From NCBI RefSeq assembly GCF_032191835.1, contig NC_083239.1, positions 22,382,001 to 22,446,000 of the forward strand: a DNA stretch of 64,000 nucleotides, in the 5' to 3' direction. Below, in pieces: positions 63,731-64,000 of this stretch. The stretch's first letter is position 1; the number at the start of each line of letters is the position of its first letter. This DNA is from Heteronotia binoei (Eukaryota). Both the position numbers and the translations under genes were made by a program. The notes under the pieces are model-generated. The model was not told the DNA's origin. It did not search any database and saw only the letters and a program-made list of their open reading frames with translations.

Positions 63731-64000
63731 CTGGAAGAGAGAAGACAGAAGTTGTCTGGGGTATTGAGACCTGGAGCCAGCCTGGACTGGAAAATTTCAA
63801 GGAAGAGATGGTGTTACAAAAAAGAAGATATTGGATTTATATCCTGCCCTTTATTCTGAATCTCAGAGTCACAGAGCGGTCACAATCTCCTTTACCTTCC
63901 CCCCACCCTCACACAATAGACACCCTGTGAGGTAGGTGGGGCTGAGAGAGCTCTCCCAGAAACTGCCCTTTCAAGGACACTCCTACAGGAGCTATGACTG

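Noticed and set aside
1-64000. CRISPR arrays, operons or other prokaryotic systems
   Set aside because: The window is intron-containing vertebrate DNA with no regularly spaced repeat-spacer structure.

Overview
Vertebrate genomic DNA. The SINE/LINE repertoire points to a squamate, probably a gecko (inference). The window covers the LSM10-OSCP1-MRPS15-CSF3R synteny block, and all genes are on the minus strand. I reconstructed by hand: LSM10 (1 coding exon), OSCP1 (10 exons plus a 30-nt alternative microexon), MRPS15 (8 exons) and the last 6 exons of CSF3R. Between OSCP1 and MRPS15 lies a complete 3-exon PLAC8/cornifelin-family gene (115 aa) that is not called in the ORF track. A full-length but decayed Tf1/sushi-type (chromovirus) Gypsy LTR retrotransposon (6684-12562) sits between LSM10 and OSCP1. 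It retains a PEG10-like GGGAAAC -1 frameshift site with a pseudoknot and an apparent tRNA-independent self-priming PBS. The window also holds four solo LTRs, a 5'-inverted L1 inside a four-layer nested insertion, L2/CR1 fragments, tRNA- and 5S-derived SINEs and palindromic MITEs. Family assignments come from motif recognition and memory, not database searches.
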